From: Mantamonas sphyraenae STR306
Lineage: Eukaryota; Protista; CRuMs
Direction of reading: 5' to 3'
DNA length: 64,000 nucleotides
NCBI GenBank assembly: GCA_026936335.1
Contig: JAPMXV010000009.1
Coordinates: 250,493-314,492, forward strand
Numbering within the stretch: position 1 is the stretch's first letter; each line of letters starts with the position of its first letter. Below, one piece after another: positions 47,201-56,109 of this stretch. The position numbers were made by a program, and so were the translations under genes. The notes beneath the pieces are model-generated. The model saw only the letters and a list, made by a program, of their open reading frames with translations, was not told the DNA's origin and searched no databases.

Positions 47201-47777
47201 ATGGAAAACAGTCATGGAAGAGCACAGGATGCTGGAAGAGCGATTTGTTGTTCTGAAGAAGCAGCGTGGCAGCAGACTGGTGCGCCAAAGCTTGCTGGAA
47301 TGGCGAGCATGTGTGTGGCAGCGGCGCGTGCAGAAAGAGACGTACTGGGCCAAGTGGAAGGGGCGGTGGGAGCAGGTGAACAGCCTGAAGGCGCAGGCAG
47401 AACGGGCATCGCGAGAACGTGAGACGCGAATGCTGCAGCATGCAATGGCAAACTGGTGGCAGCGACTGGCGTTGATGCGTGCAGTGGGAGAGTTTAGCCT
47501 GGAGCGGCAGTCTGGGTGGCTGCGGGGCATCTTTGTGGCGTGGCTGCGATTGTCGTTGGAGGCAGAAGGAAGGCGGCAACGCGAAGTGTACGCAGCTTCG
47601 TGGTATGCAAAGCGCCTGATGAGTGATGCGTTCTTCCGCTGGCGCATCGGATCGAATGTGGGCGGAGAAGCTCACGTGGAGCAGCTCTTCGGAGTGCCGT
47701 CGATGCCGGTGGGCGTGACGCTGCTGCGAGACTCAATCGCTTTGGGTCTTGTCAGTCGATCGGCTCGAGAGCTGTGA
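38286..47777 (+). CDS. SFI1: Giant Sfi1-repeat (centrin-binding) protein, about 3160 aa, intronless
   Basis: Very long ORF made almost wholly of Arg-rich repeats ending L..[AF]F..W. The first in-frame ATG is at 38286 (the ORF track starts at a TTG at 38232). Confidence 0.8.
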   Translation: METISSGDLSVIQTIIARAAEMHPHTSPLTLSQVLDAYGEVVREPEAHLYEVLLQMSMLPYRDWWSKLEHVHPTTHLLLSETLHRWRRFATERAANRMQAINNWGAAISLWELHALRRSFGRWQEMVGRRRRMQVSLKVVRPLTQLSVCFDALRAHALKHRRQRIHLFQAVSHWAAQHARKHLRAWRWTAVPLAAVRRNKLLERTFTRWHRYSQLVRAQVALVTRQHTRVARQAVETWTRARKFRALTRRVRVGVARTCVRHWMAHAIVQRSKTSERVLVVYFWKWRKRAGQASAQRQKDKAADALWTAQLKRRVLSSWHRCVQLEAIWMQCSRRSNTRRVQTCLRHWWTSARARRIARRAVGHFRNLALSSCWTQWTQHVQQQRETKERVRQLLVRMQNQSVVRAFNTWRQYVRMQAQLRKGRKQVEVYHKVRVLREWHYRMRARRLVRSVVLRLQAALLARSFSTWYAHASVYRQTRRQSDRVIAFWSNRLQARAFSTWRANVKGQHSLRRNSQRALGHLANRQLSKAFYTWQSATAYLRRVNECATAVAAIQRHNTVERHLEVWFHALQVRAAATLVQRMNRARTLHRYFMHWGERLRHRERLMQLLFRMQHHALARAFATWRATVAYMGDVNMRAQRARLVHDYFLLRRSLQSWLFSLRVRLSMRTALASWAHRLAAAAMGSWRAYVIQRHIKMALYAKADKVRQRALLLRWRRRAGVHHRVKSALAAWAHISTHRAWTTLRAYVEHRQRKERLREAAYIFARTSSIHHAYVVWLRAMAQCQEQRRNADRMTAQRQRRTVASMLAHWLDLAQRAQRGRYVVLRWEHHVVLRAWQTWARYHAHRQAKREIGDMARLFERRVAVRTALQQWTMLWIGVRMLEHRVEDALVSREWTRLRTSWDLWKRRMDLRRRGRVLAVRWTRMTTLRAYRSWTAYVEHRREKQAMAWEANAFAQRTMTWRAHKHWKHATAHVRQTLLEHAFNSWLFVHQQERYEAQAQQVVNRRRQEALARSMMTRWRQRLGQMRMGRRVVLRVQRQLVASAFESWLFFARMEMHLRGAEQLVQYRQNVTRARRVLEHWMHQWNGLASSRVLFARLQQRDLMRAWNRWMEYTQQMASVRAIGQRMQHSLLAMAWRSWVAMVSGVRQERRSLTAFAEFHERVVMHRYVQVWHTTLMMRRAIANWRVGRCWRSWLDFHAYAQRERRADEYVGGVQRYNILSEYLGMWYTQWELHRKMRRVVQTMQSRALVRTFERWIEFTEQMRSMRRMLRRMQHGLMAQAMAAWHVVVDGRQQERARMAEFTRHQQIQSLQRCLKQWRAVMVMRRVLANWRLGRCWRSWMEFHAFARRERRMDTYVGQAQRMHVLERYMDVWWTQYEVHRRMRGVVAAMQQRHMRFAFNRWMEYARQLASLGRMVRRMRRMQLVQAFNSWQIVVEGSKADKARIAEFHAHRSVQVVLRCLKQWRAVLLMRRVVSQWRLGRCWRSWKAFHRESSHERRVEAHVHSTRRNNILWWALGTWWERLEIHRRGRTVLARMQHRQVAGSFRRWEEFVYQMRSLRRMMGRMQNATIHQAFASWRGVVEGRKREEALVSHFRQANMQLAAQRLLVHWHACLRVRRTLLMWRLGRCWHSWQAYVGAARAERGRMAVVERRHERIRVVQCLRVWWAELQRRKRMRTIVHSMKHQQCRWAFNRWMEYMEQVERLRQLGRRVVHMSCGRAFTTWRAVVTARKDEHARLVRFVADCETQVSYRALIHWVDALNGRRMKRARLLRVWHGYLVKLRHAEARVRLQHERLRAFDTLERWSRAYEANVAWIEHLVHLAFHRWHRVAVLHVAEREAVDLWEFRTQANAFRRWLLVVRLEHTFAVVHTTYKLKLVTKALNQWIRDFNGLRQTRVRRRMRLAHKHLLMWVRHFDLHQRLCLADTRRYLAVMGTCFGGWRTEARHLRNKRIALQYRAFSLCSRVMQAWHVHSAWQARARVVLARFVSRWQHRSVAHAFQQLRQHVVWWARVCNEAEELWQAAQVRRKGEIVARWREHVRVNGIGRAWMDSRDRRLVSRVLRSWRLAYVAGRRADEWRVYMTRVRALTKWRLHLRHRMQMQEGMRQVRQVIARNWWARWQGAVVGRRREKRVLADALVHWVMLYRKREELHGHFDALIAEHELRTVARYMQRWWVRQQMQRRVKRKEEEVKRQAYRHWQAAWRLRVLRTSQLQRVLEQLQGVRRRQVWQRWTEAYAENLELRTRFYLCRWANALARRETIRRVVYAVQHLYVRHSMNTWKERTAGARRTRYIVKVRVMQVWKRAHVQGRHEKYLLKEWETRCKGVLFARWIARMRQHVHNRVLGMRVVHAMTNRRLFSSFTSWRGWASYQRSLARRKSEVMEEERRMLAVRVLVGWQTVFVNTRRAVQHHEAQVQAVVMKEWMQVVEESQEYVRFQRGCVFRRWQQRMSARQRIRGVIAGMRNVIVRRAMNRWIEYTRVEGMASRVVQRRALLQWYHATRHEMEERSAIHGFQVQQLRKWLRLWVHQRRLRVRVVSAMTKRRLYAAFGTWRAWVAYERCCGARLRSHAWGTWLFAFESAVASREHYEQRLQRSVVRAWMEWSGEGRSARVFQGRVWLRRWMKSVNVRRRVLSAIASMQNVLARRCLNAWTSYVRVSRFRWQHCAEAHFHAWRRHVVRQREVQEELLRAREVQTLLALHERRGALRRLGRVVDAWRLWVTQVRMDRVRSEAVMLSNVLRAWYMLVVSHKRVRGLEAHMRVHTLREGLAMWRAGVLGRRALRRRTVRVWHARLMWVRELDTMDTALLLPCKARVLRHWWHASVHHRHLRMMEEELGDRERTQSLRRVLDTWRVQWLRVRTVRRRAWKTWRRLSVLCRGMRIWKQGVEKRATSELLHTSLARWHGVARLWRMQRRRVQREGLLEWRAASVWSRQRKRTLLARWVRLWREVARVKEIGEAMVRKNDQQRVRHALERWKTVMEEHRMLEERFVVLKKQRGSRLVRQSLLEWRACVWQRRVQKETYWAKWKGRWEQVNSLKAQAERASRERETRMLQHAMANWWQRLALMRAVGEFSLERQSGWLRGIFVAWLRLSLEAEGRRQREVYAASWYAKRLMSDAFFRWRIGSNVGGEAHVEQLFGVPSMPVGVTLLRDSIALGLVSRSAREL
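41580..43560 (+). repeat. Higher-order 438-bp (146-aa) tandem repeat, about 4.5 copies, inside the Sfi1-like gene
   Basis: The equivalent motif xRW[MIE]E[YF] starts at 41610, 42048, 42486, 42924 and 43362. WR[VL]GRCW[RH]SW occurs four times. Confidence 0.85.
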
Positions 47778-49971
47778 GGCGCGTGTGTGCCATCATAAAG
47801 AAGCGTTGGACATCCCACAGGAGCACATGACCATCTTGAAAGGCGTCGTGCTGAAGGAGAGAGGTCGGAGCACGAAAGTAGACGCGACCATGGAAGAACC
47901 AGACGTCGTCGATGCGCTGGGCGTCGGTGGACTCGAAGCACTCGAGCATGATCCAGAGAGGATCGCCCCAATTGTCGCGAAACTCCTCGAGGATTTCGTC
48001 CTCGTTGCGGACGATAAAGAGAGCGAGCTTGGGCTCGCCAATGCCGCCGTCGTACTCGAGGAGTTGGGAATCGCCCTGGAGGTCCATTGGAGCAGAGTAG
48101 AGGTGGATATCAAGCGATGAGGGCTCCAAGGCTGCGTGGAGGGCGTACTGGAGGAGGCGCACAAACGGCAGCTGCATGACAGCGCTGTCGTTGTCAAGGA
48201 ACGACGAGCGGATGTCACCGAGCCATTCCGGGAGCACAAAGACACTTCCAAAGGACTCGATGTGGTTCAGCAAGGCAACAAAGGTGTGCACGGTGTTGAG
48301 GGGAAGCACGCGACCTTCCAAGATGGGTGTGATTCGGTTTGCACGTTCTGGAAAGGGTTTCTCGTCGGCGATGTGTTTGAGGACACGCACAAGGGTTTTG
48401 CGTGTGGTCTGTCCGTCGAGGAGCTGGGTGGAGGAGGAAGAAGAGGAGGAGGATGTGGTGGTTGTCCACAGGAGTGCGAGTGGGTGAAGATCGAGGTGGG
48501 TGCTGGTGGAGGGCTGATGGTCGTGATCACCGTCTTTGATGGTGGTGGTGTCTTTGGATGAGCTCTGAGCTGTGCATGAGAGACCCAGCAGCTGCTGGAG
48601 CTTCCAAGCGTGCTTGGGTGCACCAAAGCCGAGTTTGGTAAAGACGTGGTCAGCCTCGTGGAGGTGACGCGGATGGACGGTGCGCACGAGGGCGTTTGGT
48701 TGGCAAAGGGGCCAGACGTTGAGAAGGATGTTCCAGATGCCATTGTCGCTGACAACATGGTCCATACAGTCAATGATGTGAAAGGAAGCGTCTTGGCGAG
48801 CGAGATCGGTGAGCACCTGGACGGGACGGCCGATGTGCCATTCGAGGGTGATGTCCAACTGCTCGGTGGCGTCTTTGGCGGCAGTGAGGATGTCTTGGAG
48901 GGTCTGGAGAGCGTCAGAGTCTTGTTCGTGCCAGAGGAGAGGGTGGAAGTGGATGGGATGCCAGGCAAGCGGATTGGGCAGCTGGTTGGTGTCGGGGACG
49001 GTTGTTGAGTCGTCGAGAGACTCGTGGAGGCGGCGGACACGTGCCAGGCAGGATGCTTCGGGCATGTGGAGCCACTGTCGCAGCATGATGCGCTGCTCCC
49101 AGGGAAGAGAGTCGTCTTTGGCAAGTGTGGTGAGGACGGGCTCGAGGAAGTCGTGGAGGAGATCTGCGTCGATCCATTCGGCGCGTGCGATTGTCGCAAT
49201 GTCACAGGGGGGTGTGGGGGTGTGCAGAAGGGCGTAGAGAGCCCGCATGCGCGCAGCAGCCCATGGATGGCGTGTGGTGAGGTCAAGGCGTACGCTGGAG
49301 AGTGTGTCGTGCTGACTGGTCCAGGAAGAGAGGTGGGCTGCGGCGGCAAACACAGCGTGGTCAGAGCCAGCTGCATCGATGAGGAGGCAGCGCAGTTGTG
49401 GGTCATGCGAGTCGAGTGAGTCAACAAGGGCGTCGGGAAGAGAGGAAAACGATGTGAGCGGAGCGCCGGTGGCCGTGGAGACGAGGCGCTGGCTGTGGTG
49501 GTGATCAAGAGATACGCGGACACTCTGCGTGCGGGTTTCGTGTTGAAGATGGGGTGCCAAGGAGGCAGCGTGGCGGGAAAGGAGGTCGTACGGCTCGGAG
49601 AGAGAGGGGTCGCAAGCGAGGGCGAATTGGAGAGCGTGGAAGGCACAGTGGGTGTCATTGAGCTGCAGATAGGCCTTGGCCATGCGGGACCAGGTCTTGG
49701 CACGATGAAGCCAGGGTCGTTTGCGGTCGAGGCTTGCGTCGGAGAAGCGGCAGGTGATCAAGGCGTGGTGGCATACGTCGATGCAGGCGTTTGGATCGCC
49801 TGCTTGGAGGTGGACGGCAGCCATGTTGTTGAAGAGTAGAATGGGCAGGTCGAGCTGGTTGTCACAGGCGTCGAGGGCATCCTGGTAGAGTTTGAGGGCG
49901 AGATCAAAGTCCTTTTGGGCGTAGGCAGCGTTGCCGTCTTCTTTGAGGCGGCGTGCTTGGACAGAGAGCAT
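47752..49971 (-). CDS. TPR-repeat protein with uncharacterised C-terminal region
   Basis: ARRLKEDGNAAYAQKDFDLALKLYQDAL, LFNNMAAVHLQAGD and AKTWSRMAKAY form three TPR-like units. ATG at 49971 is the likely start. Confidence 0.75.
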   Translation of the reverse strand: MLSVQARRLKEDGNAAYAQKDFDLALKLYQDALDACDNQLDLPILLFNNMAAVHLQAGDPNACIDVCHHALITCRFSDASLDRKRPWLHRAKTWSRMAKAYLQLNDTHCAFHALQFALACDPSLSEPYDLLSRHAASLAPHLQHETRTQSVRVSLDHHHSQRLVSTATGAPLTSFSSLPDALVDSLDSHDPQLRCLLIDAAGSDHAVFAAAAHLSSWTSQHDTLSSVRLDLTTRHPWAAARMRALYALLHTPTPPCDIATIARAEWIDADLLHDFLEPVLTTLAKDDSLPWEQRIMLRQWLHMPEASCLARVRRLHESLDDSTTVPDTNQLPNPLAWHPIHFHPLLWHEQDSDALQTLQDILTAAKDATEQLDITLEWHIGRPVQVLTDLARQDASFHIIDCMDHVVSDNGIWNILLNVWPLCQPNALVRTVHPRHLHEADHVFTKLGFGAPKHAWKLQQLLGLSCTAQSSSKDTTTIKDGDHDHQPSTSTHLDLHPLALLWTTTTSSSSSSSSTQLLDGQTTRKTLVRVLKHIADEKPFPERANRITPILEGRVLPLNTVHTFVALLNHIESFGSVFVLPEWLGDIRSSFLDNDSAVMQLPFVRLLQYALHAALEPSSLDIHLYSAPMDLQGDSQLLEYDGGIGEPKLALFIVRNEDEILEEFRDNWGDPLWIMLECFESTDAQRIDDVWFFHGRVYFRAPTSLLQHDAFQDGHVLLWDVQRFFMMAHTRLTALEPID

Positions 49972-50079
49972 GGTAGGAGGGTTGTGTGGGGAAAGGGTGG
50001 GAGGGAGGGAGGTTGAAGAAGGGAGGGTCAGAGGGGAAGATCGTGTGTGCGTTGGGGCAGGCAGAGGTTTGGCCAGCAC

Positions 50080-51948
50080 ATGTCGTCCACAAGCTCGGCA
50101 GCGCCTGTGCTGAACATGGAGGCCCCGAGCTACTGTGGGTGGCTGACGAAGAAGGGGTCGACGTGGGGCACATGGAAGCGCAGGTGGTTCTGCCTGGTGG
50201 GGGTGGAGCTGTTTTACTACGAAAGCCAGAATGCGTCGCATCCGCGAGGCGTGGTGTGCCTGTCGCAGGACAGCAAGGTGGACGTGCTGCAGCCAACAAG
50301 CAAGTCCCCGTTCCTGTTCCAGCTGACGTGCAGCGAGCGGACGTTGCAGGCGAATGCGCCGTCGAAAGAGGCTCTGGAAGGGTGGATATCGGCGTTGTCT
50401 GAAGCGACACGCAGTACGGGGGGGGAGTTGGTGAGCATGACGGTGTGGGCGGAGGAGTACATACGGAGAACACGGATGTCGTTCATCACGCAGTCTGGGT
50501 TTGACAAGCCGCAAACAATGGTGGTGTACAAGCCGCTTTTCCTGGTGGAGATCGACGAGGAGGGCAGGCTTACGAACATCCCAGACGCGTGGGAGGCGGC
50601 TATCAAGCGAAGCGGGTTGGACGAGGAAGTGATGCTTGCGAACCCGTACAAGCTGTACAACTGTCTTTTGTTCAGCCAGAGGGGCATTCGGACAAAACTG
50701 GTACGGCCAAAGAGCGCCGAGCTGGAGGCGGTGGAGCTGGTCGGGGACGAAGTGAGCGTGGACGTGAGCGAGGACGCGGGATGTGACAAGGACGAGGTGT
50801 CGGACGAGGTAGGTGTGTGTGCGTGTGCGTGTGTGAAGAGAGATAGAGGCGTGTGAGGGGGGGAGGGGGAGGGGTGAGGGGGAGCGGGCGTGGGTGGCGA
50901 GGAGAGGAAAGGCGGTGAAGAGGGCCCGAGTTTGGTGGGGCGTTTTGCGGCGAAAACGGTGCGGTGTGTGGGCGTGCTGACAGTGTGTGTCTCACAGGCT
51001 ATGATGGATGCAAAACGATCACGAGCAAAGAGTGTGGCAAATGCGTTCAGCGGGACGGACGCGTACGAAGAAGGAGACCCGCGAAAGCACTTTGGGAATC
51101 TTGTGATTGTAGGGGAAGGCGGGTTTGGAGAGGTGTTTGTGGCGACGCCGAAGGACAGCGAAGCGTACGGAGGGAAGAGCCAGGTGGCGATCAAGAAGAT
51201 GTTGCACAAGTCGGAGAAGGACATCAAGAACGTGCTGAACGAAATCGAGTGCTTGTCAAAGTGCCGCGAGTCGGACAACGTGGTGTACTACCACACGTCG
51301 TTCCTGGACAACAAATCGAACATCTGGCTGGTGATGGAGTACATGGACGGCGGGACGCTGTACGACCTGTCGCGCATGGTGAACATGACGGAAGACATTA
51401 TTGTGATTGTGCTGAAGGAGGTGCTGCTTGCGCTGCGGTTCATGCACGAACAGGGAATGATCCACAGGGACATCAAGTCTGCAAATGTGCTGCTGGACGC
51501 AAGCGGCGGGGTCAAGCTGTGTGACTTTGGACTGTGCACGACGGTGGAAGCGGCGGAAGCCGGGAAGATGGTGGGGAGTGCGTACTGGATGTCGCCCGAG
51601 GTGGTGAACAGGGCACCGTACGACACTGCGGTGGACGTATGGGCGGTTGGAATTCTGGCGATTGAGATGGCGGAGCACGTGCCGCCGTACTATCAGTACA
51701 GCTCGTTGAAGGCGCTGTTTCTGATTGCGACACAGGGGATACAGGATCACCCAAAGGATCGAGAGTCACTGAGCGAGGAGTACCTGGACTTTTTGTCACA
51801 TTGCCTGGAACCGGACCCGAAAGAGCGGTGGACGTGCGAGCAGCTGTTGGGGCACCCGCTGATGGAAAAGACGACGAGCAAGGACCGGTTGGTGGATGCG
51901 CTTCGGGAGACGATGATGCAAAAGAGTCTGGAAATGAACACGTTGTGA
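50080..51948 (+). CDS. PH-domain PAK/STE20-family kinase (Cla4-like layout); 2 exons
   Basis: Exons 50080-50808 and 50998-51948. PH domain GWLTKKG..WKRRWF; PAK inhibitory-switch-like LTNIPDAWEAAIKRSG...NP; kinase motifs GEGGFGEV, VAIKKM, HRDIKSANVLL, DFG, MVGSAYWMSPE. Confidence 0.9.
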
Positions 51949-52047
51949 TGGCGGGTTGGTGTGTGGGGATGGGTGGGGAGGGATGGGGTGGGATGGGGTG
52001 GGATGGGGAGGAAAACGGAGGACGACGACGTGGCAAAGGAAACCCAC

Positions 52048-53572
52048 ATGAGCCAGTTGACATTCCGGGACAATTTTTGGCAGGGGGGCTTCGACCCGTT
52101 GGTGCAGACGTTGAAGGATGGGTCGGAGACGTGCAAAGCGCTGAGCCACTTTCTGGAGCAAAAGGCAAAGATTGAGACGGATGCCGGTGAGTTGACATTG
52201 GGAGGGAGGGAGGGATTGTTGGCATTGGGGTGACTGACGCGTTGGGAGGGAACAGCCAAACAGTTGATGAAGCTGTCAAAGTGCGGTCTGGGGGAAAAGG
52301 AATACGGGTGAGTTGTGGAGGGGTGATGATCGGAAGGAAAACACAGGATTGGAGGCTGACGCTGTGAGTTGCTCAGGTCGATGCAGGGGATGCTTGTGCA
52401 CATCTGTCAAGAAGCTGCATCGGAGTCAAAGCAGAGGGCGGCGTATGCGACGTCGCTACAAGGGCTGGCGCAGGATGTGAAGGGGTTTGCGGACGAACAG
52501 AAGCCGCTGCGGAAGAAGCTTGTGAACGAGGTGCAAAAGGTGAACAAGGAGTATGTGGACACGAAGCACAAGGCGCAAAAGGCACATGACCGGTACTTTC
52601 GGGCGGCGAAGGAGTACGAGGCGGCCGGGAACACGTACGACCTGGCCCAAAACGGCGGGGCGGGAGTTGATGTCGGCAAGGTGCGTAGAGGAGGGGAAGG
52701 GGAAAGGAGGGGCGAAGGAGGGGCGTGGGGAGAGACTGCGGGCACTGACACAGAATGGAGGGTGGGTGTGTGCACACGATGGGTTGTGTGTGTGTGTGTG
52801 TGTCGGGTGATGTGTACAGGCGGAAAAGACGCTGCGAAAGTGCGAAAGCGATTCGAACGCCAAGGTGGCGGAGTATAACAAGCTGCTGACGCGGCTGGAG
52901 ATGCTGACGGAGAACCTGACGCGTACGATGGAGACGTGCTTTGACGAGTTTGAGGCGATGGAAAGGGAACGGTACCAGTATCTGCAGCAGCAGGCGAGTA
53001 TGTACTGCTTGATCAGCGACAAGAACTACGAGCCATTGCAGGAGTACTTTCGGCAGACGAAAAACCTGGTGAACGAGTTTGACGCGGAAGAGTGCATGCA
53101 GCACTTTATCGAGGCGAACGGGACAGGGCAGGAGCGGCCGGTGCCGATGGCGTTTGAACAATACCCGAGCAGGTACGGACCGGCGTTTGAACACGACAGC
53201 ACGTACGTGCAGGGGAGCGTGCCACAAAGCTACGCAAACTACCCGGAGCCGTCGATGGAGGGAAGCAGCAGCGGCGGTGGGGGTGGAGACGGATACGGGT
53301 ACGGGTACGGATCGGGAGAAGCTGGAAACCGGGAGTCTGTGGCGTCTGTGGCATCTGTGGGCGGGCAAGAGGAGGCGTACTACGAAGCACCTACGGCTGT
53401 GGCGCAGGTGACTGCAGTGTATGCGTTTGAAGGACAAAACCAGGGGGAGCTGCCGCTGTACGAGGGAATGGTGGTGTACGTGACAGAGATGGACGACAGC
53501 GGATGGTGGTTTGGATATGATCCACAGAACCCGAGCTACGTGGGCATGTTTCCGAGCAATTATTGTCAGTGA
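52048..53572 (+). CDS. F-BAR (FCH) + SH3 protein (PSTPIP/Cdc15-like); 4 exons
   Basis: Exons 52048-52186, 52256-52307, 52377-52680 and 52820-53572. FCH region FRDNFW..GFDPL...FLEQKAKIE; SH3 AVYAFEGQNQGEL...GWW...GMFPSNY. Confidence 0.88.
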
Positions 53573-53622
53573 GGTGTGCGGAGGGCGGTGGGGAAGCAAA
53601 CAAAAACCGAGCAAATTGCCAG

Positions 53623-54352
53623 ATGGTGCGTGTTGTGAGAGGTGGGGGAGGTAGGGTGATGGCGGGGCCGGATGCTGACACGGGGATATGGGACGGTGGG
53701 TGGCGCGTGTAGTCTAAGGAAGAAGTGTCGGTAGACTCGTTTTTCGACCAGCTGCTGGCGAGGTGGGTTTTGCGTGCATTTCGGGCGCGGGTGGGGAGCG
53801 GAGAGGAGCTGACACGGGTGGTGGGAGACAGGGTGGATGATTTGGACGCAGTAGTTGTGACAGACAGGGACGGGGTTGTTGTGGCGACAGGTAGGGACAG
53901 AGCATGGGTGAGAGTGGGTGGAGGAGAGGAGGAAGAGGACGGGGAAAGGACGGATTGGAAAGGGAAGGCTGACGCGGACACGGGCACGATTGGAACGTAT
54001 GTATCGCGTATACATGTATGTATGCGTATGTATGTATGCGTGTGTGTGTGTGTGGTGTGTGTGCACAGCGAGAAAGTCGACGTACGACGGGGAGGGGGAA
54101 ACGGAGTTTGCCACGACGTTTGCAATGGCCAGCGAGCAGGCGAGCAAGTTGAAGATGGGGGAGAACAAGAGCATCACGTCGTTCTACCCGTCCAAAATGG
54201 TTGTGCACGTGAACGCGGACCCGCTGATTGTGACGATGATTGCGCAGGCGTTTAGCAACGCGGGTCTGATGCTGGAGCTGGGTGAGGAGGTGTCTGCAGC
54301 GTTTGAGTCTGTCAAGGCGATTGTGGCAGAGGAGGAGACGGAGGAGGGATGA
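53623..54352 (+). CDS. LAMTOR3: Ragulator subunit LAMTOR3 (MP1); 4 exons, the first coding only ATG
   Basis: Exons 53623-53625, 53713-53762, 53832-53890 and 54069-54352 give AVVVTDRDGV...TFAMASEQASKLKMGENKSITSFY...PLIVTMIA...NAGL. Confidence 0.85.
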
Positions 54353-54377
54353 ACCAATGCAATTGGCAAGGCCATGT

Positions 54378-55319
54378 TTACTCGCTGAGGATGCCCGAGT
54401 GGGAGATCTTGACGGCAGCCACAGGACGGTCGCGTCCGTCGGTCTTGCTGTTTTCGATCTGGCGGACGATGTCCATGCCCTCAACAACCTCGCCAAAGAC
54501 AACGTGGCGTCCATCGAGCCACGAGGTCAGGACAGTGGTGATGAAAAACTGGCTGCCGTTGGTGTCGGGGCCAGCGTTGGCCATGCTGAGCAGACCGACC
54601 TTGTCGTGCTTGAGCTTGAAGTTTTCGTCGTCAAAGCGGTCGCCGTAGATGCTCTTGCCACCTGTGCCGTCGCCACGGGTAAAGTCGCCGCCCTGGATCA
54701 TGAAGTTCTTGATCACACGGTGGAAGGTGGAGCCGGCGTAGCCCTCAGTGCCCTTGCGGGTGCCTGTGGGTGCGAACAGGGGTGAGTAATGGGTTGGGGG
54801 CGGGGGCAGGGGTGGGCAAGAAGGCACAGGCGAGGGCACTTGGACGTACAGAGCGTGGCAAAGTTCTTGACGGTGCGGGGAACGACGTCACCGTAGAGTC
54901 CAAAGACGATGCGGCCTGTGGGAAAGGGGAGAGGAAGGGGGAGAGCGGGTGAGGGTGGGTGAGGGTGGGTGAGGGTGAGCAGGGTGAGTACGGGGAGAGG
55001 CAGGAGGCTGCGGCGCGGAAGTCGGTCGAGAGGGAAAAGGGCGGGTCGGAAAGGGACGGGGTAGGAGGAAGACACGGGCACGGGCATGGGAAAAGAGGGC
55101 GAGAGATCGACGGATGTACGTACCGGCATCCTTGCCGCCGATGGTGATGTCAAAGTAGACCTTCTGGGTGATCTTCTGTGGTGACGGTGAGGATCAGAAA
55201 GGATCAGCATGGGGAGGGCGCCGTACAGGAGAACAGGGCCAACGTCAACATACGGCAGCGTCTGCGGAAGCAGCGACGAGGAGGATGGTTGCGAGGAGAA
55301 GCAGAACCTTGGTGTTCAT
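54378..55319 (-). CDS. PPIB: Secretory-pathway cyclophilin (cyclophilin B-type PPIase); 4 exons
   Basis: Exons 55319-55254, 55175-55124, 54915-54850 and 54763-54378. Signal peptide, [53 protein letters not shown]. Confidence 0.92.
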
Positions 55320-55499
55320 GGTGGACGTTGTGAAAAAGGGGAAGGGTTCTATTGAGTTGCGCGGCGTGGGAGAGCGCGGCGTGGGCAACGATTTCTTTCG
55401 AGAACGACTGCGACCGCACGGCTCTTGCTGATTGTCTCGTTGTTCAGCCACACCATCACCGAGTGCCAGGGAGTTGAAGAAGCCACACACACATTGAGG

Positions 55500-56042
55500 A
55501 TGTCGTCGAACGAAAGCGAGATTGCGACGTTTGGGAGCGGGTGCTTTTGGTGCACGGAAGGAGTGTTCCAGCTGGTGAAGGGAGTGAGCCAGGTGCTGCC
55601 AGGGTACATGGGCGGAGAGACGGAAAACCCAACGTACGAGGAGGTGTGCTCGGGCAAGACCGGGCACGCAGAGTGCGCGCAGCTGACGTTTGACCCAAGC
55701 GTGGTGACGTACGAGGAGTTGCTGGACGTGTTTTTCCACGTGCACGACCCCACGCAGCTGAACCGACAGGGCAACGATGTGGGCACGCAGTACCGCAGCG
55801 CCATCTTTTACCACTCTGCGGAGCAGAAGGAGGCGGCGGAGGCGGTTGCGGCGAAACTCGCCGACGAGTTTTCCGGCAAGATTGTGACGGAAATCACCGA
55901 GGCAAGCACGTTCTATCCGGCCGAGGACTACCACCAGGACTATCTGAACAACAACCCGGACAACGGGTACTGCAAGTTTGTGGTGCAGCCCAAGGTGAAC
56001 AAGTTCAAGAAGCAGTTCACGGACAAGCTGAAGGATGCTTGA
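55500..56042 (+). CDS. msrA: Peptide methionine-S-sulfoxide reductase
   Basis: GCFW active site, NPTYEEVC, GHAE, RQGNDVGTQYRS, AEDYHQDY, resolving GYC. Confidence 0.95.
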   Translation: MSSNESEIATFGSGCFWCTEGVFQLVKGVSQVLPGYMGGETENPTYEEVCSGKTGHAECAQLTFDPSVVTYEELLDVFFHVHDPTQLNRQGNDVGTQYRSAIFYHSAEQKEAAEAVAAKLADEFSGKIVTEITEASTFYPAEDYHQDYLNNNPDNGYCKFVVQPKVNKFKKQFTDKLKDA

Positions 56043-56109
56043 AGCTGTTGGTGAGGCGGGCTGTGCGATGGATGGATGCAGGATGCACGATGATGCACGG
56101 TTAGGAGCT

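Noticed and set aside
55500-56042. Horizontal transfer of the intronless msrA
   Set aside because: Codon style matches neighbours and many host genes here lack introns; cannot be supported without a phylogeny.
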